NCBI GenBank assembly: GCA_964016885.1
Contig: OZ024742.1
Coordinates: forward strand, 333,250,001-333,314,000
DNA: 64,000 nucleotides
Origin: Eledone cirrhosa
Lineage: Eukaryota
Direction: 5' to 3'
Below the pieces are notes generated by a model, which made no database searches, was not told where the DNA came from, and worked only from the letters and a program-made list of their open reading frames with translations. Within the stretch, counting starts at the first letter, position 1; every line of letters starts with the position of its first letter. A program made the translations under genes and the position numbers. Of the stretch, positions 1 through 14,572 are shown piece after piece.

Positions 1-731
1 ATTAATTCAATATATTAACAAAATAGATATACTTGTGATCAAGTATATTTTATTATACATATTTTAGAGGTACTGAGTTAACTTCAACAGTACCTCCTCA
101 TCAGATAAAATAAGATGATGCATGACATACCCTGACATAGTAGATGGTTAAGATTCAGTCATGGTAGTGAGTAATATATGACAAAACTCAATATTTATTA
201 CCTTAATATTGAGAACGTGAGAAAAATATATAATGCATACAATAGAGAGGGTGCGTGGGATACAGCTTAAACAATACTTGGCATCAATATAATTGTTAAA
301 TAATTTAAATTACTCAAGAAAGAGGAAAGAAAAGAAAAGCATAGAGGAAGAAACAGAATACGGGATAATATAGTTAGTAGGGGCTTAAAAAATTAAAGGA
401 GAGTTGATTACAGAGAGAGAGATAAAGATATAAGAGGAATAACTTATGTTCAAGTCTTTAGACAATTATCCATATATACAATATATATCCAAACATATCT
501 GATTGACCGTTAATATTCCAAATATTTAATTTAAGTTAGTTCAGAGTAATTAATAATATTTTAGGATTTAAAAGTTAATAAGTATCTGTATTAATATTAA
601 AGTATATTATCAAATTTAATTTCTAAAATCAAATTTTATGAAATCAAATTTAAAGGATTTACAATCAGGAGAAAGAAAACATAATGTTTTAACAACCTCG
701 CGAAGGTAAACTTTACCAAATGTATTATATA

Positions 732-900
732 TTATTGTTTCTACTTTTGGCACAAGGCATTATTGGTACTTTATTTTATCGACACCGTAAAGATGAAAGG
801 CAAAGTTAACCTCGGCGAGATTTGAACTGAGAATGGCAAGGACCGTAACTCTATGCGTCAAAGCATGGCGTCCGACCCTCTACCGATACTGCCAATCCAC
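732..900 (-). mobile_element. tRNA-type SINE, family A
   Basis: Reverse complement of the consensus ggcggtggattggcagtatcggtag (A-box-like) ... gagttcaaatcccgccgaggttaactttgcctttcatccttacggggtcgataaaataaagtaccag (B-box-like) ... gtgccaaaagtagaaacaatta. Confidence 0.9.
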
Positions 901-2670
901 ATTGACAACAGTTTATATAATATAATTTAGAAAATAATTACAGTTATAATTTATAAAGAATTTATTATTAACAATTTGAGTGCCCAAAGGATCAATAAGC
1001 CTTATAAGTGAACTTAAAAAGGCCTGAATTTTAAATTACATACATGCGTTTATCAAAAAAACACACAAATATTATATTGTCTAAAGACTTAAGATGATAC
1101 CTTTTCAAATATACATAACATAATACAATATATTAAATAAGTTACTGAAAATATTGTTAAAAATTAATGTTTTAGATTAATTATTGTAATAGGATCATCT
1201 AATAGTTATATACTATATATATATAAGTCAAAACTTCATGAGTCCTAATGATAAGGACAAGATACAAAATAAAAAGTGAAAAAGTAAAGAATTGTTTACG
1301 AAACATAAAAATGCCCAATATTAAAAAAATATAGTTTAAAATGCAGGAGGGTTTTATTATGTAGTAGACAAAAGACACTTCTAAAATGTTCACGAAGATG
1401 ATAGACAGAGGACTAAGGATTTGAATGACCCGAAGGTAATCTAAATTAAATTATATAATTAAATTAAGTTATATAATTTCGAACATTAAGGAAATATATA
1501 ACACTTATAACAATAGAGAGTCATTTGAATATCTAAATTACTTATACCTGTAACTACGAGCATGTTATTATAGTAGATAAATAAATTTGTTCAAATATAT
1601 AGAGAGAGTATTATAGGTATTAGTGAAAGGATATACATATAATAAATAAATAATTACAATCATTATTAGTAATGTTATAATTGTAGTTTTACCTCCAGTT
1701 CAGTGGAAAGAGAGACCAATATTTGTCGACTAGTATAGTTTGTGATATTTATACCTAAATATATATAAAAAATATATATGTACAAATCTAACTTTCTGAG
1801 TCCCAAAACATACCCAAAATCAGTAAAATATATAAATGTATGAATGATTTAGGGTTCAATTATAACCGGTAATCTTACAAGTTAAATATCCAAATTATAT
1901 ATTTAAAACAAAGACAAATATATATAAGGATCCGAATCAAAATTATAAATATTTAAAATAATCCAAAGGTGTGCATATTCATCAAGAGGACAAGTTAACA
2001 AATAATATGTTTATATACCTAAATAGGATCCTTCATTCTAACATTAATTCTATCATATTATATAATACATTTGGTAAAGTTTACCTTCGTGAGGTTGTTA
2101 AAACATTATGTTTTCTTTCTCGTGTTTGTAAATCCTTTAAATTTGATTTCATACAATTTGATTTTAGAAATTAAATTTGATAGTATACTTTAATATTAAT
2201 ACAGATACTTATTAACTTTTAAAACATAAAATATTATTCATTACTCTGAACTAACTTAAATTAAATATTTTGAATATTAACGGTCAATCAGATATGTTTG
2301 GATATATATTGTATATATGGATAATTGTCTAAAGAATTGAACATAAGTTATTCCTCTTTATCTCTCTATCTGTAATCAACTCTCCTTTGTTTTTCTAGGC
2401 CCCTACTAACTATATTATCACCTCATCTGTTTCTTGCTCTCTGCTTTTCTTTTCTTTCCTCTTTCTTCGGTAATTTAAATTATTTAACAGTTATATTGAT
2501 GCCAAGTATTTTTAAGCTGTATCCCACGCACCCTCTCTATTGTATGTATTATATATTTTTCTCATGTTCTCAATATTAAGGTAATAAATATTGAGTTTTC
2601 TCATATATTACTCACTACCATGACTGAATCTTAACCATCTACTATGTCAGGGTATGTCATGCATCATCTT

Positions 2671-2735
2671 ATTTTATCTGATGAGGACGTACTATTGAGG
2701 TTAACTCAGTATCTCTGAAATATGTATAATAAAAT
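2671..2735 (+). ncRNA. Minimal type I hammerhead ribozyme motif
   Basis: ttttat-CTGATGA-stem II-GAAA-tatGTA-taataaaa. The mirror copy at 47-111 (-) has a perfect stem II (gaggtac/gtacctc) but AAAA in place of GAAA. Confidence 0.7.
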
Positions 2736-2795
2736 ATACTTGATCACAAGAATATCTATTTTGTTAATATTTTGAATTAATATATATATATAGAA

Positions 2796-2833
<38 letters not shown>

Positions 2834-2838
<5 letters not shown>

Positions 2839-3432
2839 CAAGTTAATATTAATTAATATATATGATGAAACACAAATACCAACATATAAGTGTTTGTATT
2901 GTAAAAGACTAAGTTAGCTAGATTGAAAAATACTAATTATAATAATACAGTTTGTCTGTCTCGATTTAAAATAATAAATCAATAAAAACAAACGATATTG
3001 GCAAATGGCCGTGGTACTTAGACAAATTTAAATTTCAAAATCAAACCTGTTCGGTAGACAAGTTTAAACTTCAAAATCCAAATAAATTTCGAGATGGAAA
3101 AGTGAAGAATACCCCGTTCAGCTCTCTTCAGTAAGTACCCTGAACAATTGGTATGCTTCACTTCAAAATATTTAAAAAGACTGTTTTGCCAATATCGTTT
3201 GTTTTTATTGATTTATTATTTTAAATCGAGACAGACAAACTATATTATTATAATTAGTATTTTTCAATCTAGCTAACTTAGTCTTTTACAATACAAACAC
3301 TTATATGTTGGTATTTGTGTTTCATCATATATATTAATTTATACTAACTTGTATTACACGGCTCAGAAATACTTTTTTCTTTGAGCCATTTCATTGTAAA
3401 GGACTGCTTGAGTTTAGAACTCATTATTCTTA

Positions 3433-3433
<1 letters not shown>
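2834..3433 (+). mobile_element. Fold-back element: arms 2834-3005 / 3185-3356 plus a 77-nt 3' extension, between (TA)n runs
   Basis: Near-perfect 172-bp inverted repeat. No intact HHR core recognised. Confidence 0.8.
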
Positions 3434-3492
<59 letters not shown>

Positions 3493-3505
3493 TTAATATA
3501 GATGA

Positions 3506-3555
3506 GATTCTACAGGACTAGAACTGTTTCATTCTTTAGAAATCATCAGGAATTT
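3506..3555 (-). ncRNA. Compact type I hammerhead ribozyme motif
   Basis: Minus strand: attc-CTGATGA-tttc taaa gaat-GAAACAG ttctagtc CTGTA-gaat. Stems I, II and III are all formable; GUA cleavage triplet. Confidence 0.72.
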
Positions 3556-3581
3556 ATATATATATATATATATATATATGC

Positions 3582-4367
<786 letters not shown>

Positions 4368-4936
4368 GATATATATATATATATACGTGTATATATATAT
4401 ACACCTGTATAAGCATGAATCTATCTATGTATGTATATAAGTATCTACGTTTTATCTACTTATTTAGCAAACTATCTTTCTACCCCGACCTCTCCCTACA
4501 TATATGCATATACATATGCTGGACAAACCCTTCACTAACTGTCAATTGGAGGTTTCAACGCAATTTCGAGACCACTCGATAGCATCGCTGCTTTTAGAGA
4601 TTCCGATGAGCATTGTTACTACCACGGTATATACTGCGTCAAGGGACTCTCGTACACATTTTTCGTCAGTTATTAATACTACCATCACAAAAATCCACTT
4701 CAGTCATACTAGAATTACTTTGGTTTGTCCTTGCTGGGGAGTTGTTCTCTTCTATCGGTGTCAGTTGTTCACACACATAGTTATATTAAATATATTAAAC
4801 TTTTAGACAACATTAGCAATATATTACATGTCATAAATCTATCCGGGTCGTTCCTCCGCTTTGGATGTTTCCACAACGCTGCAACGCAGCAAAGATATTT
4901 AGTGATTTATTAAATGATAATATTATTATATATTTA

Positions 4937-5549
4937 AGTTACCTTTGCCTTTCATCCTTACGGGGTCGATGAGATAAATTACCAGTAATATACTGCGTAA
5001 TTGCTGGCATTGTGCCTAAAGTAGAAACAATTATTATATATTTAGGTTAATCATACAAATTCCTAAAAAATTATGATCCTTTGAGAATCAGCAATGCGCC
5101 CCTTTGAAGAACAGTCCTAAGACGGCTACCTAGACCTCATTACGGTCGGTGGATTGACAGTATCGGTAGATGGTCGGACGCCCTGCTTTGCATCAAAGAG
5201 TTACGGCCCTTTATGGTCTGAGTTCAAATCCCGCCGAGGTTAACTTTGCCGTTCATCCTCACTGTGTCTATAAAAGAAAATACCAGTAATATCTGGAATA
5301 ATTGGTGGCCTTGTGCCAAAAGTAGAAACAACTATTGGGAGCGATGTCTTATTGGTAGGCAGCGGATTGTCAGTATTTGTAGGGGCTCAGATGCCATGCT
5401 TTTCATCATAGGGTTATCACCCTTTACGATCTCAGTTGAAATCCCAAGGAGGTTAACATTGCCTTCCATCCTTATGGGGTCTCAAACTAACGCACCGGTA
5501 ATACAATGGTGTAATTGCTGTCCTTGTGCCAAAAGTAGAAACAATTACT
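4937..5549 (+). mobile_element. Cluster of family A SINEs (4937-5032 partial, 5144-5335, 5352-5549)
   Basis: Match to the family A consensus. Confidence 0.85.
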
Positions 5550-5929
5550 GGGAGCGACGTCGCTGTATGTATCCCATAGTTATACCTACGATTTTATCGA
5601 CAGATTTAAGAAGGAACAAATTGAAAATGTATTAATAACAAAAGTCAATCGAAACACAAAACGAAATATGTAGTTGATAGATACATTATGTACTCCACAA
5701 AAAAGCATTACCTCATAGAAAAACGAAGTATTTATCAATGGAATACAATATAAAAGTCAATAATCAATTAGTGATATGGCAACAATAAATATGCGAAGAA
5801 AATAGTACGGAATTTCAGAGACTAGAAATATAGAGGGTGTCACCAAACACGAACACTTGCCTAATGGCTCTGTTATAAACAACTGAAACGACAGAGTAAC
5901 AAGAATCAACCCTACTTCGTCAACCACAT

Positions 5930-5974
<45 letters not shown>

Positions 5975-5982
5975 TAGATAGT

Positions 5983-6013
<31 letters not shown>

Positions 6014-6163
6014 TTTAAAACATTCGAAGTCATTGTTGCAGCATAAGTACAAACTTTATTTGTATATTGCAATTGTTTCAATATCGATCAGCTCAGGTTG
6101 ACTCCAACGGCGCGCCGCCTTTAACTGGTGTTACACACCTAACACACACACATACACACACAT

Positions 6164-6196
<33 letters not shown>

Positions 6197-6260
6197 CATT
6201 CACATATGTACATACATACATATATGTATGATGTATGTATGCATGTAATGTATGTATGTA

Positions 6261-6321
<61 letters not shown>

Positions 6322-6654
6322 GCGGGGCATAAGCGTCTGCTATTGATTACATTTCATCGGCCGGAAACATGCAAGGCTGAATATCACTGACGTGTCACAA
6401 TGGCTGAAGGTAAATGAAATGGAACGATATTTTGTGTAAGAAACTATCATATATATTGACGGATATTTCTGTCAAAAGATCTGCAAATTGCTCAACTGAT
6501 ATCAGATTTACGATACGAATTTATAGAATACAAATGATTTTAGCAGCGATATTTCTAATTATAAAACTGCGATGTAAAACTTATACAACTTCAACACTAA
6601 ACAAAACTGAAGTTTCTTCAATCAAATTGCTCAATACGAAATGTATAAATAAGG

Positions 6655-6799
6655 GTTTCCGATTTAGGCAGAAGGCCAGCAATTTTGGGGAAGGGGAAAG
6701 TCGATAAAATCGACCCTAGTTCGTTACTTGTTCTTTTTCTTTATTAACAATTCGGAAAGCAATTTGTCCGACGCTCTAACGATTCTGCCAATCCACCGG
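6655..6799 (-). mobile_element. Family A-related SINE, diverged
   Basis: aaggccagcaatt...atcgaccctag...ccgacgctctaacgattctgccaatccaccg. Confidence 0.65.
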
Positions 6800-6823
6800 C
6801 CTGAAATGTATAGATAATAAGAA

Positions 6824-7050
6824 TCATGTGCGGGCGGTGTGGAGGCAGTGTCGTTTGATCGTCAGATAGAAAGCTTCGCCGTATTTTTTCCAGCACTTCT
6901 CTCTTTGAGTTAACTTCTCGCCGTCTATCCTCTTCACCACAACTCTAACCCAATGTTTTTTTTTCTTGGAAGAAGTTGCTGTGTTCGTAACTAAAGAAGA
7001 ACGGGCTCTCCTAAGTTCAGATGCCCAAGACACGCATAGGCACCTACAAC
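6824..7050 (-). pseudogene. Probable Tx1-type LINE C-terminal fragment
   Basis: GC-richer island. The translation (RRARSSLVTNT...KRIDGEKLTQREKCWKK) loosely parallels the end of the 12.9-13.1 kb LINE. Confidence 0.35.
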
Positions 7051-7366
7051 TCCATCACAAGTTTAGGGCTCAAGGAGGATGAGATTTATGACAATAGTAT
7101 GTGAAAGAAATAATATGGAACAGGAGTATGTTGAATATATCACATCTATCATAGACTAACTCAAGCAGTGACAAATATGTTTATGTTTTAATGATTTCGA
7201 ATACATTTCCAGAAATATGTACATTTATGCGTAATCTTTAAACTCGGGAAGCATAAAAATATTACTTCTGATTTTATTATTGACATCATAAAATATATTC
7301 ACACTGCCTGAAATTTCACACACATGCATGCACATAAATACACACAGATAAATTCACAATCCATTC

Positions 7367-7405
<39 letters not shown>

Positions 7406-7449
7406 TTGGTCCACAGTTTATATGTTTGGATTCACAGTCAGTAAAATTA

Positions 7450-9110
7450 TCAGAAACAACAGCAGAAACAATAAGTGAACGTAACCATACATGTCTTGCT
7501 TAACATAGGTTTGCCAATGATTATCTCCAAGGCAATCTTATTACATTTACCAGTCGTTGAGCAAATGTAATTTCGTGGAAAAAATTGTGTACGGTTGGAC
7601 GTAGTCTGTTGTAGATCCATCTTAAGTTTATGACCTGGCATTACTTACATCATAGATTGGAACTGTCAGCAGCGGATGCATTTTCTGAAGTATTTGATGT
7701 TCATTATCTGTCGGATTGGCGGTGGATTGGCAGTATCGGTAGAGAGTCGGACACGATGCTTTGAAGCATAGAGTTACGTCCCTTTATGACCTGAGTTCAC
7801 ATCCCGCCGAGGTTAACTTTGCCTTTCATCCTTACGGGGTCGATAAAATAAAGTACCAGTAATGTACTGAGTAATTGCTGGCCTTGTGCCTAAAATAGAA
7901 ACAATTATTTGTCGGATTGGCAGTATCAGTAGCGGGTCGGACATCATGCTTTGACGCATAGATTTACGGCCATTGCCATTCTGAGTTCGAATCCCACCGA
8001 GGTTAACTTTGCCTTTCATCCTTACGGGGTCGATAAAATAAAGTACCAGTAATACACTTGGATAATTACTGGTCTTGTGCCAAAAATAGAGACAATTATT
8101 TCTCTCATTTATGGATTAAATAGACTATTGATAGAATCAGTCTCCTTAGAACAAAAGAATAATTCATGAGTGTGAAGTGAAGCTCAATCATTAGATGAAA
8201 CAAAATCGAAGCACTTTCTGAATTAGATGTTTTGAATCTCATTCAAAACTGTTTCAGCCACCTGAAATGTTTATGCATTGATGTTGTTATTTGGCCATGG
8301 TTGCATTAGTACTGGGGAAATTTAATTACAATTTGATCGGTACATATTTGAGAGACACGATAAACGCATGATCTGACAATTGTAGGGTGGATTATACAAA
8401 TATATCTCTTCTCTATGAACACTCACAGAGAAGGGATAGTTCAATAGTAAAACAGTTCGTTGCAGTATAGGATGTTTAGAAACAATAAAGAAATGCAAGG
8501 TAAATATATATTAAAAGTTGAAAATGTGATTAAGGGATTACACTTTGCATTCGGCAACGTTTCAATCGTCAAATTGTTCCAATCGATCATGGTCGATGTA
8601 TAACAAGTATCATCAATATGAAAAACAAAAGCGTATACAGACAAAATTGTTCTCATGAATCTACAAATCCGTAGCAAGTAATTCCTTGCCAGATAATCTT
8701 TGAGTTAATTATATTAAAATTGAGTACATGTCCAATTGAAATAAATCAAGAAATTGCAGAAAATGAAATAGAACCCATATACAAACATTTTAAACAGTCG
8801 TAAAACTATATCAGTATATAAAGATTTTTTTTTACAATATTGGGCAACATATTGCTTCATACATGGAAGCATTGGTGGAATCTTCTATCGTAATCATTTG
8901 AAGCTCTTCTGAATGCGAACTGGTCTTTATTAGGATGAAACATTTTGAAGGAAACGTGATGTAGACTATTCATCAATCACTGAAGCACACACGTTTATTA
9001 GACTATATGTTTCTCAAACGGAATATAGAAACCAAGAATGTTTGTACACAAATGGTTTATTTGTCATGGCTCAACAACTCTCGATAACTTAGGTGTCATT
9101 GTAGACCCAG
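7450..9110 (+). pseudogene. Degenerate hAT transposase (ZNF862/KIAA1586-like), interrupted by two SINEs
   Basis: 7636-7680 translates as WHYLHHRLELSAADA (cf. WHCLxHRLEL). After the SINEs it reads FMD*IDY**NQSP*NKRIIHEC (cf. FMDKLYxLYSxSPKNxRELxEC). Many stops. Confidence 0.55.
7718..8100 (+). mobile_element. Tandem pair of family A SINEs (7718-7908, 7913-8100)
   Basis: Two near-complete consensus copies head to tail. Confidence 0.9.
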
Positions 9111-9456
9111 TTTTGAAATTCTTCTCACTTTCACAAAGTAATGATGAGCATAAATAAATTAGCACTTAAATTGAGAAAATCTGAATTGGTAAGAGAGTGT
9201 CGAATCAGAACTTGTTATATATCACTGACAATATACAGGGGTTGGATCAAAACTTTAGTAAAAGCGTAGTGGGGTGGCTGGATGCATAATATAGTATTAG
9301 AATTCAGAAAATCTGGATTGTATCAGGATGTTATTTCGACACAACAGGATCATTGTGATCAGGACGCCGATTTCGGTGTTGACAGCTGGCGATTTTGTTT
9401 TCATTTCGTCTTTTATCTGTTGTCATTCTATTTTAGATATACTTGTACATGTGTAA

Positions 9457-9542
<86 letters not shown>

Positions 9543-9569
9543 ATATATGTGTGTATGTGTGCTTGTATG

Positions 9570-9621
<52 letters not shown>

Positions 9622-10184
9622 CGCACGTAAGTAGGTATATATGTACATATTTTTGTATTTGAAAGATTTTGCTTGTTATTCATGCACAATACATTCTGTG
9701 ATACTTTATTTAATAAATTTGCTAGTTCATATTATGCTGATCTGCTGTGAATGACTGTTGTTGATCAATATCTAAAAATGCTACTCATTTGTATAAAATT
9801 AATATTGCAATAGCAATATTATTATAGATATCAATGAATGATTGAATAATTTATAATATTGTATTTCACAAGGAACTTCCTTCAACAAAGCAATGAATAA
9901 GAGAGATCTTTCTAAATGAATGATACAATCACGCCCTCCCAAACACTAGGAATCCTTAATTGATACTCAAATTATCCCCAATGACAGACAAACTGTCTAT
10001 TAAACGTATTCTATCTCATTGCATAAACACACAAACATATATAAATACACATACATAGTTGCACGAACAAATACACACACACGTACATACAGAAAAAAAA
10101 CTCTTAAAGAAAGAGTTATATATAAATATATGTGTGTATGTATGTGTGTGTGTAACTGTATATGTATATATATAGATATATAAT

Positions 10185-11280
10185 GTTAAGGGTACTATTT
10201 ATAGTTATGTATATTTTAAACTTTTTATAGTTATGTATATTTTAAACTATAAACGGGGAAGGTCAGTAATTTATCACTAGCTTATTACCAGTAAGATAAA
10301 TAGCTCAATGTAATAACATCAGTTGTTCTACAGAGCAGTTATATAGAATTCACAAGAATCAAAGCTATGTTCAAAGTAGTTATTCAATTACAATTGTTTC
10401 ATCCAAACCTAGGCTTGGTGTCTTCGGAGCATTTTTCAATGTTTGTACACATAATTGACTTCCTTTCCAACGCAAGAGACATACAGATACATATATATAT
10501 ATATTGATGTACAGTGGAGTGACATATATTATACTATACTATTTTTGTACAGCAATTCAAATTCAAAATCAAAATCAAAATAAATATAAATATAAAAGTC
10601 AAAGAATAGGTTCTTTCTGCTGCGAGAATTTATAGAACCTATTCTATAAATATGGATTAAATAACACTGAGCCTCAATACGCAACAATAATTTAATGCAT
10701 CAAACATTTAATATGGAATCATCGTAACTTATGTGATGGATGTAAACACTATACCTTCCTTTTTCTGAATGTGAAAATGGTGGTGGATGCGAAAACTATA
10801 ACATTCTTTTTCTTTTTCTTTTTCTGCACACATAATTTTTTGATCTATACCAAATATACCCTACCACTACAACGACCATAATACTCTTGCTTACCCGCTT
10901 AAAGTGCTTACATTACATGTAACACCTTGCCACACAATAATCGTATATAAATGAGACACACTTACATGCTCCATGTGTGACTTACGCATACACTATCTAC
11001 TAGATCTGATTATCAAACTATCCCCTTACATTATCTGTGTTATCTGCCGCATGTATTTTAATTATAATTTTAATTTTGATTTTGATTTTAAATTTGAATT
11101 GCTCTACAAATATAGTATAGTATAATATATGTCACTCCACTGTACATCAATATATATATATATATATATATGCATCTGTCTCCTGCGTTGGATAGGATGT
11201 CTATTATATGTACAAACATTGAAAAGTGCTCCGAAGAGCACTTTTCAATGTTTGTATATATAATTGACTTCCTATCCAAC
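10185..11280 (-). mobile_element. Fold-back element: arms 10421-10590 / 11061-11237, extra hairpin 11187-11280, HHR-like motif at 10385-10432 (-)
   Basis: The arms are reverse complements. Minus strand reads CCGAAGA-ccaagcc ta ggtttgg-atGAAAC aatt GTA. Confidence 0.7.
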
Positions 11281-11452
11281 TTTTGAAAAGCAGAAGAACT
11301 GCGAAACCGGTAAAGGAACCAAATAAATATATATAGATTTTTTAAAATAAGACTCGAATTGCATTTTCGATTTCATCTTTTTTTCTTTATACTTTCACTC
11401 GTGTAGGACACCTCGGTTATTTTTCATTTTGTAAAAAAAACCTACTTTCTAA
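11280..11452 (+). mobile_element. Solo 3' end of the 42-44 kb PLE, starting at its HHR
   Basis: Near-identical to 43891-44064. Confidence 0.85.
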
Positions 11453-12029
11453 TATATAGGTGTGTGTATGTGTGTGTGTGTGTGTGTGTTTGTATTGATG
11501 AATGTATATATATTTAAATATTAAAGATAATGTATCACACTTGTTTGTGTGTGTGTATTTTCTACATGTTTCTTTGGTTAAACATTCTGCGCTTCTATGT
11601 GTATGTGTGAGTATGTCTGTAATTGTCTGTGTACGGAATGGGATTTAATAGATATATGGGCAAATTCCTATAAGATTTATATATCGTTGTCAAAGCATGT
11701 ATATAATACACTGGATACTTTAACTTGACGATCCATGTTTGCTGAAATATTTACTACCTTTATGGGTTCTATTGCATATATGTATACTTAATAATCACAC
11801 ACACCGACAGTTTGAATACATGAACCTTATGGATCATGTGAATGGAATTTCTGATTGCAGTCAACATAGGGTATCTATATTTTTATTTATCTCAAATCAG
11901 GTGCCTTGCATAATGTGTAGCACTCAATTTCATTTATTTCGTATGAATTATTTTGCATCCACTACCTCAGTAAAGTGTACCCACACTACTGTTTCTAAAA
12001 GTACACCACCGTCTCTCTTTGTATCTCTC

Positions 12030-12106
<77 letters not shown>

Positions 12107-12113
12107 ATTTCTG

Positions 12114-12191
<78 letters not shown>

Positions 12192-12624
12192 GGTGGGTGT
12201 TTAGAGAGAGAAGAGTCATATTATAAATAAAACCAGTTAGTAATGCGGAAATGAATTATTTACTGCTAGAATATCGTCATCTATGATGAAGTTACATGAT
12301 AATTTACGAGAGTTGAAAGAGATCTAATTAGTATACGATCTGTAGTCTCAACTATGATATTTTATTACCTAAACATACCACTACAACCATGTATGACTAT
12401 ATCTATGTTATTTACTATAACAATATGTCTTACATCATATATCATATATAATTATAGATGTCACGCACCCTCAGGTTATCTATATATTCTCCTTCACAGA
12501 GAGACAAACATACACACAGATATATCAGTAGATAGATAGATAATAAATAGAAATATAGATATGTAGGTAGAAAGAAAAAAGAAAGAAAGAAAGGTATATA
12601 GATAATAGGTTAGATATATATATA

Positions 12625-14357
12625 GATAGATATGTTTCTTTATTAGCCACAGGCGCACAACAGAAGGGGACAAATACAATGGGGGAAGTTTACATAAAAT
12701 AAAAACGTGTAAAATATCACAAATGTAATTTAAAAGTTAATCGATTTTCCCCAACAGGGGGAGACATTGCATATGGGTAACACATATCCCCGAAAAAAAA
12801 TGTGCAACTCTCATCTCCAGGAGTATGAAGAGTTTGTACTCCTTTCCTCTCTTCCGCCTTTTCCTCAAACTACAGGCTGATATAGAGAGAAGGCCTATTC
12901 ACGCGGGCCATTCTCGCCACTTTCACCCACCTGTCATAAAACTTACTGGGGTACATCACCTCTCTTTCCATCCTGATTCTTCTTCCAAAGTGGTATTTGA
13001 AAAAAAGAATCAGTTGTTGGCCGGAGAGAAAGGTATCTGACCTCAGCCCTTTTAACCTCGTCCACCATACAACCTCTTTCGCCATAGCTATTACACAATG
13101 GAAAACCGCCTCTCCTTCCTTTTTGAAGGAGGGTGGTGGTTTGATTATGACAATGGACTCGCTGGTCAACTGAATTGGTCCCACCCGCGACAGTCGTTCT
13201 ACATAACCCCACAGGTCGGTAACGCCCGGTCAGTGTACAAATGCGTGCGCGAAGGTTTCCTCGTCGCGCACGCATAGCGGACACATCTTTTTCGAAGGGT
13301 CCCTGCCCGGGCGCCCGTGTCTGTAGAGCTTGTCTCGAACTGGTAGAGCTCCTGGGTAGCACTGCCAGGCCATGGACTTTTGGAAGTTGTCCATCGGTCC
13401 CGGGTGGAAGGTTCTACCGAACAGACTGGCCAGTTCGTCTTCCTCAACGCCAGAGTCTCTCCGAGCGCGTCGTCGTACTTGCTGCGGACCAACCCTCTAT
13501 AGAATGACGAAGTGGAGTCTCCACTGATCGCCGGGTCCGCCTGCCAGTAGGCTGTGAGTGCCTGAGCACATTCGATGTGCCAGTCGCCCATTTTCCTCGG
13601 TCTTTGCTTGACCCAGGATTGCAGCACGGTCAGCGAGACGAGTCGTTGCAAGGCTCGCCTCACGAACCGGGCTCACACCGGTTGTCCGGTGAGGAATACG
13701 TGGAGGTGCGGCAGCCTGAGCGCGTGTTTGCGCATCGTCAGCCACGGCATATCCAGCCCTCCGTTTGAAGGGTGTTGGAAGCAGATGGATCTTCTCACCA
13801 AAGGAGCCCGCTTCTTCCAAAGGAATTGGAAGAGCGCGCGCTCCATCTTGGTGAGCGTTTTGGCTGGACAAGGCACGACGGTCAAGCGGTAGTAGTTGAC
13901 GGACGCTATAAAAGTGTTCGCCACCTCCGCTCGACCTTTCAACTATAGTTTGCACTCGGCCCACTTCTGGGTGAGTGCAAATACCTTGGCCGTCACCTCG
14001 TTCCAGTTCTTCTCCATCTGGAGGTCCAGACCTAACCAGACCCCGAGCAGCTTTACCGGTCCTTCCGTCCAGCGTCCGACGACGCCATCGGAAGGCATCG
14101 GTTTGCCTCTCCACGATCCGAGTTCCAAACCGATGGACTTGTCCCGGTTCAGCTTCGCTCCTGTGAAGCTTTCGTATTCCTTCAGTAAGGTGCCAACTTC
14201 CTCGATTTGCGAGGTGCTCGACACCATCACTGATACGTCGTCGGCTTTCCGCAGTCCCGGTTCCAGAGGGATGCCCTGCAATAGCTCCAATTTCCGCAGT
14301 AGTGGCTCGAGAGTCAGTACGTACAGAAGGGAGGAGAGAGGGCATCCCTGTCGAATG
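12625..14357 (-). mobile_element. 5'-truncated Tx1/L1-clade LINE (RT and C-terminus, disrupted)
   Basis: SIRQGCPLSSLLYVLTLEPLLRKL, ADDVSV, GAKLNRDKS, KLLGVWLG, then KGRAEVANTFIAS..FQFLWK..HPSNGGL. The 3' end has AATAAA followed by (TCTA)n. Confidence 0.9.
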
Positions 14358-14474
14358 GATCGATAGATAGATAGAGAGATCGATAGAAAAAAAGAAAGAA
14401 AGAAAGGTAGATAGATAATAGATATATTGATAGATAGATAGATAGAAAGAAAGAAAGAAACGTTGATAGATAAT

Positions 14475-14572
14475 AGATGTATTTCTTTATTTGCCAAAAG
14501 GGCGCACAAGAAAAGGGGACAAAACAAAGACACGTGCAGGGGATTTTACTTTAGTCGTGTAAACTTATTGAA
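14475..14572 (-). mobile_element. Second 3'-end fragment of the same Tx1 family
   Basis: tttctttatttgccaaaagggcgcacaagaaaaggggacaaa matches 12634-12675. It lies in a (GATA/GAAA)n tract. Confidence 0.7.

Larger units (their letters stand above)
1..2781 (+). mobile_element. Large fold-back PLE-type element: inverted arms 1-731 / 2059-2781 with an HHR motif in each arm
   Basis: Bases 1-731 are the reverse complement of 2059-2781 with scattered substitutions. The right arm ends at (TA)n. The left end may lie outside the window. Confidence 0.85.

Noticed and set aside
13497-14345. 282-aa ORF and overlapping ORFs
   Set aside because: Alternative frames of the GC-rich Tx1 RT; the conserved motifs lie in other frames.
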